A stretch of 64,000 bases of DNA, taken from Candidatus Pelagibacterales bacterium. Its GTDB lineage: Bacteria > Pseudomonadota > Alphaproteobacteria > Pelagibacterales > Pelagibacteraceae. The notes under the pieces are model-generated. The model searched no databases, was not told the DNA's origin, and saw nothing but the letters and a program-made list of their open reading frames with translations. Of the stretch, positions 11,099 through 20,604 are shown in pieces (positions within the stretch are counted from its first letter, which is position 1; every line of letters begins with the position of its first letter). Both the position numbers and the translations under genes were made by a program. The DNA lies in the NCBI GenBank assembly GCA_965235655.1, contig CBDDYU010000001.1:203791-267790 (forward strand). Direction: 5' to 3'.

Positions 11099-12172
11099 AT
11101 GAATATTTTAGAATTTAATTTTTTAAAAAAATATGAAGTAATTTATAAACTATTTTTAATTTTATTAATATTAATAATTTTATCTAACAAATCTTATAGT
11201 GATATCTTTAAAGTTGAAAACACTATTCTTAAAACAGACTATAGCAAAGAAAAATATAGTAGAAATGAAGCTATAATAGAAGCAATAAATAGTTCTTTTG
11301 ATACTTTTGCAAAAAGAGTTTTGGTGGAGGACGAGTACTGGAAGATTAAAAATATTGATTTTAACAATATAAATGAATCAATAGTAAAATTTAATATTCT
11401 GGCAGAAGAAAAAAATAAAAAAAATTTTATTTTTAAAACATCAATAACTTTTCACAAAAAAAAAATACAAAATTTATTAAATAGTAGAAATATTATTTAC
11501 ACAGATACAGTAAGTTCACCAGTTTTGGTAATACCTATACTTAAATATAATAATACTATTAAGTTATGGGAAGATAATTTTTTTCTTTCTAATTGGAATC
11601 TGGATGAAGATAAAACTAAGTTAGTCAAATATTTAATTCCAACTGGAGATTTGGAGGATCAAAAAAATATAGATCTAAATTCGTTTGATATTAATTATTA
11701 TGATAGTTCCTATTTTTTAAAAAAATATGGTTTAAAAAATTCATTAATTTTATTTATTAATTTTGATAAAGATTTAGATAATATTCAGTATAAATTAACT
11801 TTGAACAAAACTAATTATTATAAAGTTTTTTCACATACAATAAGTGATTTGCAGTTATCTAAACTAATTAATACAATTAAAATTGAAACAGAAAAGATAT
11901 GGAAAAAGAAAAATACAATTTTTTCTAGTTTGGTTACATCCCTTGAATTCACAACCAATATTCAAAATATTAGACAATTAAATATTATTAGATCAAAATT
12001 ACAAAAACTAAACAACATTAAGCAAATTAAGGATATTGAAGTATCTTCTAAAGCTTATAGGGGAAAGATTTATTATTCAGGCACAATTAATGATCTTAAT
12101 AAAAACTTAGAGGAAATAAATTTTATTTTGAAAGAAAATTTTAATTCTTGGAGATTGTTAACTAATGAATGA
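11099..12172 (+). CDS. conserved hypothetical protein with N-terminal TM/signal segment (possibly DUF2066-like)
   Basis: 357-aa intact ORF with a hydrophobic N-terminus. It sits between purM and hda, as I recall for DUF2066 proteins in alphaproteobacteria. No catalytic motif recognised. Confidence 0.4.
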   Translation: MNILEFNFLKKYEVIYKLFLILLILIILSNKSYSDIFKVENTILKTDYSKEKYSRNEAIIEAINSSFDTFAKRVLVEDEYWKIKNIDFNNINESIVKFNILAEEKNKKNFIFKTSITFHKKKIQNLLNSRNIIYTDTVSSPVLVIPILKYNNTIKLWEDNFFLSNWNLDEDKTKLVKYLIPTGDLEDQKNIDLNSFDINYYDSSYFLKKYGLKNSLILFINFDKDLDNIQYKLTLNKTNYYKVFSHTISDLQLSKLINTIKIETEKIWKKKNTIFSSLVTSLEFTTNIQNIRQLNIIRSKLQKLNNIKQIKDIEVSSKAYRGKIYYSGTINDLNKNLEEINFILKENFNSWRLLTNE

Positions 12173-12824
12173 GCAGCAGGTATTTAATTTTACGGAAGAA
12201 AATTTCTTTTTAGAAGATGATTTTTGTGTCTCAAAAAGTAACGAGGAAGTTTATCATTTTTTAAATACTTGGCCAAATTGGGATGAAAATATAGTAAATA
12301 TTTTTGGTCCAGAAAAATCAGGCAAAACTTTTTTATTATCAATTTTTGCAAAAAAAAATTCTTTTGTAAAAATTTCAAAAAAAGAAATTAATAAAAGCAA
12401 TATTGACAATGTTTTAAAACAAAAAAAAATAATTATAGAAGATATTACCAATGAAATTGACAATGAATTGTTATTTTTGATTTATAATCATTTTAAATCA
12501 AATGGTAATTTTTTAATATTTTCTTCCTTGCATGATACCGCAAAACTTCATTTTGCTTTAAATGATTTGAGCTCAAGATTTAAATCAATTTTTAATATTG
12601 AAATACACAATCCTTCAGACAATTTACTTTACTCTATTTTGTTAAAAAGTTTTTCTGACAGACAAATTGCCCTAGAGCCAAAAATGATTGATTTTATTTT
12701 AAGTAAAATCGAAAGATCTTATCTAGCTATAAACACTTTTGTTAAGTTGATAGATAGGAAGAACTTGGTTGATAAAAAAAAAATTACAAAAAGGGTAATT
12801 AATTCAATCCTTGAAAAAAATTAA
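12165..12824 (+). CDS. hda: DnaA-related regulatory inactivator (Hda-like AAA+ protein)
   Basis: 219-aa ORF with P-loop GPEKSGKTFL. It has AAA+ length only, without DnaA N-terminal or DNA-binding domains. Confidence 0.7.
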   Translation: MNEQQVFNFTEENFFLEDDFCVSKSNEEVYHFLNTWPNWDENIVNIFGPEKSGKTFLLSIFAKKNSFVKISKKEINKSNIDNVLKQKKIIIEDITNEIDNELLFLIYNHFKSNGNFLIFSSLHDTAKLHFALNDLSSRFKSIFNIEIHNPSDNLLYSILLKSFSDRQIALEPKMIDFILSKIERSYLAINTFVKLIDRKNLVDKKKITKRVINSILEKN

Positions 12825-13879
12825 AAAATAATTTTATTATTATTTATTTTTATATTTATTCCTTTTTTAATTAATTTTTCAATTGGTTTATAAAATATCT
12901 TATTTCTCCATTTTGATTGAACTATAATATCATTATCTAAAAATAATTTAATTTCATTTTTTGTAGCTATTAACTGTTCTGCAATTATATATTTTTTTGA
13001 AATTTCTGATTTTAATATATTAACTAGTTTTTCAATATTACTATTAAAATTTATTTTTATTTTTTTTAATTTTATTTTTTGAAACAAACTTATTATTTTT
13101 TTTCTTTCATTTATGTTTAAATTTTTATTTTTTTTTAAGTTTAGATAATTTTTATTTTCAATAATGTTATTGATATCTTCATCTTTAAAAACCCAATTTT
13201 TAGGTATATTTTTTTGTTTTGCTATTTTTTCTCTAAATTTTAATAAATCTTGAAATTGTTTTAGTTTAATATTTTGATGATTTATTTTTTTTCTTATAGC
13301 ACTACTAGAAATTAAATTAGAAATAACATTAATATTATTCATTTCTTCATTAAAAAATTCTAAATTTTTATTTTTTTTTAGTTTTCTATTAAAAAATTTA
13401 TAGATTTTGTTCAAATATTTTACATCTGATTCTAAATATGAAATCATTTTTTTATTTACTGGTCGCTTAAGCCAATCACTGTTTTGCAAAGTTTTATCGA
13501 TATTTATTTTGCAAATATCACTAGCTAAATTTGCATACGAAGGAGCATTTTTATAACCACAAAATTGTGCTGCTATTTGAGTATCAAATATGGAGTGTAT
13601 TTGTATTTTCATATTTCTAAAAATCTCTAAATCTTGTTGCGATCCATGAAACACTTTTGTAATTTTTTTATTACTAATAATTTTCTCTAATGGATTTAAC
13701 GATAGTTTTTTCTGTAAGCAGTCTATAATATTAGTTTTTTTGCCGTCCGATATAGTTATGAATGATAATTTTGAAAAATATGTGCTTCTTCTGTCAAATT
13801 CGGTGTCCATGAATACAATTTTTTTTTTAGAGAGCTCTTTGCAATAAGATTCTAAAGATTGGTTTGTTTCAATAATCAT
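12821..13879 (-). CDS. rnd: ribonuclease D
   Basis: 352-aa ORF with DEDD 3'-5' exonuclease motifs (MDTEF, YLESDVKYL) followed by an HRDC-like region. Confidence 0.8.
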   Translation of the reverse strand: MIIETNQSLESYCKELSKKKIVFMDTEFDRRSTYFSKLSFITISDGKKTNIIDCLQKKLSLNPLEKIISNKKITKVFHGSQQDLEIFRNMKIQIHSIFDTQIAAQFCGYKNAPSYANLASDICKINIDKTLQNSDWLKRPVNKKMISYLESDVKYLNKIYKFFNRKLKKNKNLEFFNEEMNNINVISNLISSSAIRKKINHQNIKLKQFQDLLKFREKIAKQKNIPKNWVFKDEDINNIIENKNYLNLKKNKNLNINERKKIISLFQKIKLKKIKINFNSNIEKLVNILKSEISKKYIIAEQLIATKNEIKLFLDNDIIVQSKWRNKIFYKPIEKLIKKGINIKINNNKIIF

Positions 13880-13924
13880 TGTTTTTTTTAGTTATTAAAT
13901 GTATTTAATTTTCGGAGCTTTGTA

Positions 13925-15706
13925 GTGAATATTTATCGAACACATAATTGTTATCAACTTAACGCTAAAAATGATGGCGAAGAAGTTATTCTTTCAGGTT
14001 GGATACACAAAAAAAGAGATCATGGAAACCTATTATTTTTAGATTTAAGAGATCATTACGGAATTACCCAATGTGTAATTCAAAATGATAATCCTAATTT
14101 TAATTTAATTGAAAAAACGTCACTAGAAACTGTTGTTAGAGTATCGGGTGTAGCTAGCAAAAGATCAGTAGAGACTATCAATAAAGATTTGCTTACAGGT
14201 GAAATTGAAATCAAAGTTAGTAATTTTGAAATCTTGTCTTATTGCAAAGAGTTACCAATGCCTGTGTTTAGTGACCAAGATTATGCTGAAGACATTAGAT
14301 TGAAGTATAGATTTTTAGATTTGCGAAGAAAAAAACTTCATCAAAACATTATTCTTCGTTCAAATGTAATTTCTTTTATTAGAAAAAAAATGAAAGAATT
14401 AGGATTTTTAGAATTTCAAACTCCAATATTAACAGCCTCCAGTCCAGAAGGGGCAAGAGATTTTTTAGTTCCAAGTCGTTTGAATCCTGGAAAATTTTAT
14501 GCATTACCACAAGCACCTCAACAATTTAAACAATTAATAATGGTAGCTGGCTTTGATAGGTATTTTCAAATTGCTCCATGTTTTCGTGATGAAGATGCTA
14601 GAGCAGATAGAAGTCCTGGTGAATTTTATCAATTAGATATTGAAATGTCTTTTGTTGAACAAAAAGATGTGTTTCAAGTAGTTCAGCAATTGATTGTTGA
14701 TGTCTTCAAAGAATTTTCAACTAAGAAAATATTACAAGAAAATTTTCCACAAATTACTTATGAAGATGCACTTTTAAAATATGGGTCTGATAAACCTGAT
14801 TTAAGAAATCCTTTAATTATTTTTGATACAACTAAATTGTTTTTAGAAGATGATGTAAAATTTGAAATTTTTAAAAAACTTGTAAAAAGTGGATCGGTTG
14901 TTAGAGCTTTAAAAACACCCAAAACATTTGATAAGCCCAGAAGTTTTTTTGATGGAATTGATAAGTGGGCTAAAGAGCAGGGTGCTTCGGGCTTAGCATA
15001 TTTAACTATTGAAAAAGAAAATAATGCGCTTTCAGCAAAAGGACCAGTTGGTAAACTTTTTTCTGAAAATGCAATTAAAAATTTAATGAAATTATGTGAG
15101 GCAGAAGTAGGAGATAGTATATTTTTTGCTTGTGGAAATAAATCTGAAGTTGAAAAAATCATGTCATTGGCAAGAGACAAAGTCGGAAGAGATTTAAATT
15201 TGATTGATGAAAATACTTTTGCTTTTTGTTGGATAGTTGATTACCCAATGTTTGAAATAGACCCAACTACTAAAAAAATTGAATTTAGTCACAACCCTTT
15301 TTCAATGCCACAAGGTGATATTAGTAAACTAGATTTTGATAATCCTCTTGATATTAAAGCCTACCAGTATGACATCGTCTGTAATGGGATAGAACTTTCT
15401 TCTGGAGCAATTAGAAATCACATACCTGAATTGATGTATAAACTGTTCAATATAGCTGGTTATTCAAAAGAAGATGTTGATAAAAAATTTATTGGAATGA
15501 TAAATGCTTTATCTTATGGCGCTCCTCCACATGGAGGTATAGCTCCTGGTCTTGATAGAATTGTAATGCTGCTAGCCGATGAAAAAAACATTAGAGAAGT
15601 TACCATGTTTCCAATGAACCAAAGCGCTCAAGATCTAATGATGAATGCACCAAGTGAAGTTAGTGACAATCAGTTAAAAGAACTTAATTTAAAATTACTA
15701 AAATAA
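13925..15706 (+). CDS. aspS: aspartate--tRNA ligase
   Basis: 593-aa ORF (GTG start) with class II motifs FRDED, QLDIEMSF and GGIAPGLDR. Confidence 0.95.
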   Translation: MNIYRTHNCYQLNAKNDGEEVILSGWIHKKRDHGNLLFLDLRDHYGITQCVIQNDNPNFNLIEKTSLETVVRVSGVASKRSVETINKDLLTGEIEIKVSNFEILSYCKELPMPVFSDQDYAEDIRLKYRFLDLRRKKLHQNIILRSNVISFIRKKMKELGFLEFQTPILTASSPEGARDFLVPSRLNPGKFYALPQAPQQFKQLIMVAGFDRYFQIAPCFRDEDARADRSPGEFYQLDIEMSFVEQKDVFQVVQQLIVDVFKEFSTKKILQENFPQITYEDALLKYGSDKPDLRNPLIIFDTTKLFLEDDVKFEIFKKLVKSGSVVRALKTPKTFDKPRSFFDGIDKWAKEQGASGLAYLTIEKENNALSAKGPVGKLFSENAIKNLMKLCEAEVGDSIFFACGNKSEVEKIMSLARDKVGRDLNLIDENTFAFCWIVDYPMFEIDPTTKKIEFSHNPFSMPQGDISKLDFDNPLDIKAYQYDIVCNGIELSSGAIRNHIPELMYKLFNIAGYSKEDVDKKFIGMINALSYGAPPHGGIAPGLDRIVMLLADEKNIREVTMFPMNQSAQDLMMNAPSEVSDNQLKELNLKLLK

Positions 15707-15713
15707 TAAAAAG

Positions 15714-16556
15714 TTAAGCTTTTTTACTTTTTATATTTAATCTTACATTGCTAAGATCAACCAATTTTTCTTTGTATTGGTTTCTAACAAATCCCTTACT
15801 TGTAATATTTTTTAAGACATCAAGGAATTTACTTTCTTCTAGATTTTCTTCTCCAGCTGTAGTTTCAATTTTTTTAATCGATGGGGTGTGAGCAAGATCC
15901 TCTCTATTTAAATAAGATATTGCAAGCTCTCTAAAAATATAGTCAAGAATAGAAGTGGCACTTAAAATTCGGTCATTACCTTGAATTTTTCCTGATGGTT
16001 CAAATTTAGTATCAATGAATGCATCAACAAACTCCTCTAAAGGAACCCCGTATTGCAAACCTAATGAAATAGCTATTGCGAAGTTATTCATTAGAGCTTT
16101 TACAAGCTCTCCTTCTTTATTTGTATCAATGAAAATTTCTCCAACTTTACCATCATCATATTCTCCGATATGAAGATATACTTTGTGGTCTCCAACGGTT
16201 GCTTTTTGAATATATCCTTTTCTTCTGTCTGGCATTTTTCGTCTACCTGCAGCAAGTTTTGTTTCTAATTTGTTTAGATTTTTATTTTCTGAAAAATTCT
16301 CTGATAATTTTTGTGAAGTTTGTAACATTTCTTGAAGAGAGTTTTCTTTATCAGAAATATCGGTAGTTTTGCTTTGAGTATTAGGAATATCGCTTAATGA
16401 TCTTGTTTTTCTTTTGTTGAATTTAATATCGATTAAATCAAATTTTCCGTCTTTTCGATTTTCTAAATTTTTAAGACTTTCGTTTGTTACTTCTTCTAAC
16501 TGATGGGTAATTTTAAATAAACAAGTGTAAAAACTTTCTGCTAAATATTTGCTCAT
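15714..16556 (-). CDS. stand-alone protein resembling the C-terminal (TSCPD-type) module of class II B12-dependent ribonucleotide reductase
   Basis: The segment [85 protein letters not shown]...[15 protein letters not shown] matches, from memory, the C-terminal module of long NrdJ proteins. No RNR catalytic domain lies upstream, and the next gene is divergent. Confidence 0.55.
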   Translation of the reverse strand: MSKYLAESFYTCLFKITHQLEEVTNESLKNLENRKDGKFDLIDIKFNKRKTRSLSDIPNTQSKTTDISDKENSLQEMLQTSQKLSENFSENKNLNKLETKLAAGRRKMPDRRKGYIQKATVGDHKVYLHIGEYDDGKVGEIFIDTNKEGELVKALMNNFAIAISLGLQYGVPLEEFVDAFIDTKFEPSGKIQGNDRILSATSILDYIFRELAISYLNREDLAHTPSIKKIETTAGEENLEESKFLDVLKNITSKGFVRNQYKEKLVDLSNVRLNIKSKKA

Positions 16557-16650
16557 AATTTTTAATAAGAATCAATAATTGGATTTATATTGTCTTCTAT
16601 TTTACAATATGAGATAAGTCTAACAAAAATTTAACAACCTAAGCACGAAC

Positions 16651-17019
16651 ATGTTAACAAATTTTTTAAAATCTATTTTTACGTGGTGGAACAATCAAAC
16701 CGTTGGAACTTTTTTATTCACTTTGTTCTATGGAAAAAAAGTTGGCGAAGATCAGTTTGGAAATGAATATTACAAAAATCTAAAAGATACTAAAAGATGG
16801 GTTATTTATAAAAATGAAATAGAAGCGTCTAAAATTCCACCCGAATGGCACATGTGGATACATAAGACAGTTATTTCAACACCTGATAAAACAAATCTAG
16901 TTGATTACCCCTGGATAAAACCGCATCATGAAAATTTAACAGGATCTGATCACGCTTATCATCCGAAGAAAATTACTAAAGAAAAAAAAGAAAATTATAA
17001 AAAATGGCTTCCAGATTAA
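16651..17019 (+). CDS. NDUFA12 (B17.2)-family Complex I accessory subunit homologue
   Basis: 122-aa ORF with GTFLFTLFYGKKVGEDQFGNEYY, KRWVIY and IPPEWHMWIH, a pattern typical of the NDUFA12 family. Confidence 0.75.
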   Translation: MLTNFLKSIFTWWNNQTVGTFLFTLFYGKKVGEDQFGNEYYKNLKDTKRWVIYKNEIEASKIPPEWHMWIHKTVISTPDKTNLVDYPWIKPHHENLTGSDHAYHPKKITKEKKENYKKWLPD

Positions 17020-17390
17020 TATTTCTGGTTTTATTTTTCTTTATAATTCCATTGTCAGCTTTAACAGATGATAATATTTTAGTTTATGATAAATCAAATA
17101 ATCAAGCTCAAATTATAATTTTAGACAAAATAACCTCCAAAAAAACAAATCATTCTTTAAATATTGGAAAAATTAAAATAATAAATGACTTGAGGATTAA
17201 AATAACAAAATGCGTAATTGATAATAAAACTGGATCCTCTGATATCTATGCTTTTTTACAAGTACAAGATCAAACAAAAGCAAATAAAGATATAGTCTAT
17301 ATTTATAATGGTTGGATGATTAACAAATATCCTTCCGTAAATCCTTTTGAGCACGCTAACTATGATTTGTGGATTGAAAATTGCTATTGA
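17004..17390 (+). CDS. secreted hypothetical protein (DUF2155-like)
   Basis: 128-aa ORF with a signal peptide. It overlaps the NDUFA12 homologue by 16 nt. I recall this pairing in alphaproteobacteria. Confidence 0.4.
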   Translation: MASRLIFLVLFFFIIPLSALTDDNILVYDKSNNQAQIIILDKITSKKTNHSLNIGKIKIINDLRIKITKCVIDNKTGSSDIYAFLQVQDQTKANKDIVYIYNGWMINKYPSVNPFEHANYDLWIENCY

Positions 17391-18730
17391 TCAAGAATTT
17401 TTGAATTTGCTAGCCAATTAACATCGTAACGAGATTGTAAAAAATCTTCATGTCTTAATATTTTTTTATGCAGATTTATAGTGCTTTCAATTCCATTAAT
17501 AACAAATTCATCAAGTGCTCTTTTGAGTCTAGTCACTGCTGAATCTCTATCTTTTCCATAGCAAATTAATTTAGCTATCAAACTATCGTAGTAAGGTTGA
17601 ACTTTTACACCTTGGAATAAGCAGCCATCAACTCTAGTTCCCGGACCTGAAGGTTGGTGATAAATTTGAACAATGCCTGAGCTTGGTTGAAAATTTTTTA
17701 AATAATCTTCAGCATTAATTCTACATTCAATAGCATGACCATTAAATTTTATATTTTCTTGTTTTAAACTTAACTCTCCAGTTGAAGCTATCTCTATTTG
17801 TCTTTTAACAATATCTACACCAGTAACTACCTCTGTAACAGGATGCTCAACTTGCAATCTTGTATTCATTTCTAGAAAATAAAATTTTCCATCTTCGTAG
17901 ATAAATTCTAGAGTTCCAGCACCTTCATAACCAAGCTTTGAAATAGCTTTAACGCATGTATTTAATAATTCATTTCTTTGGTCTTCACTAAGTACGGGGC
18001 TTGGAGTCTCCTCAATTACTTTTTGATGCCTTCTCTGAATGGTGCAATCTCTTTCTCCAAGATGGACAGTATTATCTTTTCCATCAGATAGTATTTGCAC
18101 TTCTATGTGTCTTGGATTTTTAAAATACTTTTCAATAAATACCTCGTCATTACCAAAAAATTTTTTTGCTTCATTTTTAGCCATTTGTAGATTTTCGAGA
18201 AGGTCTGATTCTTTATCTACTATTCTCATTCCTTTGCCGCCACCACCTCCAGCAGCTTTAATCAATACTGGATAGCCAATCTTATTAGATATTTCGATCG
18301 CATCTTCAATCTTTGATATACCTTTTTCAGATCCTTCTATTGTAGGCAAACCTAGATCTTTTGCTATACGTTTAGCCTCAATTTTATCACCCATTTTTTT
18401 TATCAATTCTGGAGATGGACCTATAAATTTAATTTCGTGCTCTTTTAAAATTTTAGCAAATTCGTAATTTTCGGATAAAAATCCATATCCTGGATGAATT
18501 GCGTCGGCTCCAGATATTTCAAAAGCTGAAATTAGTGACGGTATGTTTAAATAACTATCCTGAGCTTTGTGAGGACCGATGCAAATACTTTCATCTGCAA
18601 GTTGAACATGCATTGATTCATGATCAACATTAGAATGAACTGCAACAGATTTAATATCTAATTCTTTACAAGCTCTAATAATTCTAACTGCCACCTCACC
18701 TCTATTGGCAATTAATATTTTTTTTATCAT
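17384..18730 (-). CDS. accC: acetyl-CoA carboxylase biotin carboxylase subunit
   Basis: 448-aa ORF with ATP-grasp GGGGKGM and N-terminal KILIANRGE motifs. Confidence 0.95.
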   Translation of the reverse strand: MIKKILIANRGEVAVRIIRACKELDIKSVAVHSNVDHESMHVQLADESICIGPHKAQDSYLNIPSLISAFEISGADAIHPGYGFLSENYEFAKILKEHEIKFIGPSPELIKKMGDKIEAKRIAKDLGLPTIEGSEKGISKIEDAIEISNKIGYPVLIKAAGGGGGKGMRIVDKESDLLENLQMAKNEAKKFFGNDEVFIEKYFKNPRHIEVQILSDGKDNTVHLGERDCTIQRRHQKVIEETPSPVLSEDQRNELLNTCVKAISKLGYEGAGTLEFIYEDGKFYFLEMNTRLQVEHPVTEVVTGVDIVKRQIEIASTGELSLKQENIKFNGHAIECRINAEDYLKNFQPSSGIVQIYHQPSGPGTRVDGCLFQGVKVQPYYDSLIAKLICYGKDRDSAVTRLKRALDEFVINGIESTINLHKKILRHEDFLQSRYDVNWLANSKILDQ

Positions 18731-18733
18731 TAT

Positions 18734-19153
18734 TTATTTTATTTTAGCTAGAGCTTGCTCAAATTCTACAGCTTCACCATCATTGATTAAAATTTCTATT
18801 ACTTCTCCATCAACAGTAGATTGAATGTGATTCATTGTTTTCATGGCTTCGATAATCAAGATCGTATCTCCTTTTTTTACTTTATTTCCAACCGACACAA
18901 ATGGTTTTGCACCAGGTTCTGGAGAAAGATAAGCTGTACCAACCATCGGACTACGAACAATGTTTGAAGAAGTATCTTCTTTTTGAGCTTGTGTTTTTAC
19001 TGAGGATTCGGTTGTGGGTGATGTTGCTGTTATAGCTTTGGATCCTTTTCCTACTTTTATAGTTGTTTTTCCGTCTGAGTATTCTAATTCTGTCAAATGA
19101 AATTCATTAAGAGAGTCTGAAAGTTGTTTAATTAAATCTTTGTCTATCTTCAT
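18734..19153 (-). CDS. accB: acetyl-CoA carboxylase biotin carboxyl carrier protein
   Basis: 139-aa ORF with the biotinyl-lysine motif EAMKTMN, directly upstream of accC. Confidence 0.9.
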   Translation of the reverse strand: MKIDKDLIKQLSDSLNEFHLTELEYSDGKTTIKVGKGSKAITATSPTTESSVKTQAQKEDTSSNIVRSPMVGTAYLSPEPGAKPFVSVGNKVKKGDTILIIEAMKTMNHIQSTVDGEVIEILINDGEAVEFEQALAKIK

Positions 19154-19168
19154 TTTTTTAAAATATTT

Positions 19169-19593
19169 TCAATTGCATCTACTAGCTAATATATAACTAT
19201 TTAAACCAAATCCGCAAATAACTCCATTTACAGATTTGCTAATCATAGATTTGTGTCTAAATTCTTCTCTTGCATAAATATTTGATAAATGGATCTCTAT
19301 TTTTGGGATTGTTAAAGTGTTTAGCGCATCTAATATTGCAACAGATGTATGAGTGAAAGCTGCAGCATTAATAATTAAACCGCTCAACTTTTTCACTAAC
19401 ATCCTGTATCTTTGTTAACAATTTCTCCTTCTATATTTGATTGATAAAAATCTACATCAATATTTTTTTTTGATGAATGTTCTTTAGTCTTTGTTTCAAT
19501 TTGTTCCATTGTTAAATGACCATAAATCTCAGGCTCTCTTTTTCCAAGTAGATTTAGATTTGGTCCATTGATTATTTGAATTTTTATATTCAT
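19169..19593 (-). pseudogene. aroQ: type II 3-dehydroquinate dehydratase, one frameshift near 19400..19420
   Basis: Fragment 19396..19593 encodes IINGPNLNLLGKREPEIYGH. Fragment 19169..19402 encodes [18 protein letters not shown]. The span is 425 nt. Confidence 0.85.
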
Positions 19594-19620
19594 AAAGATA
19601 CAATCGTAAATATATTAAAA

Positions 19621-19825
19621 ATGATTGAAATACAATTAAATGGAAAACCACATAAGTTTGAGCGAGGGTGTTAATATAGATTCTTTGCTTGAAGAATTAT
19701 CCATTCCTAAAGGTAAAGTAGCAATTGAACTAAATAGAAAAGTGCTTCATAAAGAAAATTATACGAAAACAGTTTTGAAAAATAATGATCAAGTTGAAAT
19801 TGTTACTTTTATAGGTGGTGGTTAA
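19621..19825 (+). pseudogene. thiS: sulfur carrier protein ThiS, N-terminal frameshift
   Basis: ATG 19621 gives MIEIQLNGKPHKFE, a typical ThiS start, then hits a stop. The frame of ORF 19640..19825 continues with GVNIDSLLEEL and ends in the C-terminal GG. The span is 205 nt. Confidence 0.7.
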
Positions 19826-19828
19826 AAT

Positions 19829-20604
19829 ATGGATGAATTTAAAATTGGAAAAAGAGTATTTAATTCAAGGCTTAATTGTAGGAACTGGAAAATATAAAGA
19901 TCTTAAACAAACTTCAGATGCCGTAAGCGCATCAGGAGCTGATATTGTTACTGTTGCAGTAAGAAGAGTAAATATAACCGATCCCAAAGAGCCAATGTTG
20001 ATGGATTACATAGATCCAAAAAAAATAACTTATTTACCAAACACTGCAGGTTGTTATTCTGCTGAAGATGCTTTGCGAACATTACGTTTAGCAAAAGCAA
20101 GTGGAGGATGGAACTTAGTAAAGCTAGAGGTATTAGGTGATGAGCAAACATTATATCCAAATATGCAAGAAACTTTAAAAGCTGCAAAAGTATTAGTGGA
20201 TGAAGGATTTGAGGTGATGGTCTATTGCGCAGATGATCCTATAGCATGTAAAGAATTAGAAAAAATTGGCGTAGTAGCAATTATGCCTCTAGGTTCTTTA
20301 ATTGGATCAGGCCAAGGAATACCAAATAAAATAAATATACAAATTATTAAACAACAATCAAAAATTCCCGTCATTGTAGATGCAGGCATCGGCACTGCTT
20401 CAGATGCTGTTATTGCAATGGAATTAGGATGTGATGGTGTATTAGTTAATTCTGCTATTGCAAAAGCAAATAACCCAATTCTTATGGCAGAAGGCCATGA
20501 AAAATGCAGTTATTGCTGGTAGGCAATCATTCCTATCTGGAAGAATGGAAAAAAAAATATTAGCGAATCCATCATCGCCAGTAGAGGGAAAAATTAATAA
20601 CTAA
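19829..20604 (+). pseudogene. thiG: thiazole synthase ThiG, two frameshifts (about 19873 and about 20494)
   Basis: ATG 19829 gives [15 protein letters not shown], which joins the LIVGTGKY frame of ORF 19815..20522 (PNTAGC, DAGIGT). After MAE the typical tail [35 protein letters not shown] is in another frame and ends at 20604. Confidence 0.9.

Noticed and set aside
15700-15740. A possible bidirectional rho-independent terminator between the convergent aspS and the TSCPD-like gene.
   Set aside because: Only a weak all-A/T stem (aaaag...ctttt) can be drawn. It has no GC-rich hairpin, so it is not supportable.
19594-19640. A possible TPP (THI-box) riboswitch upstream of thiS-thiG.
   Set aside because: Only about 27 nt separate the aroQ start from the thiS ATG at 19621. 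That is far too short for a roughly 100-nt THI element, and no conserved CTGAGA core is visible.
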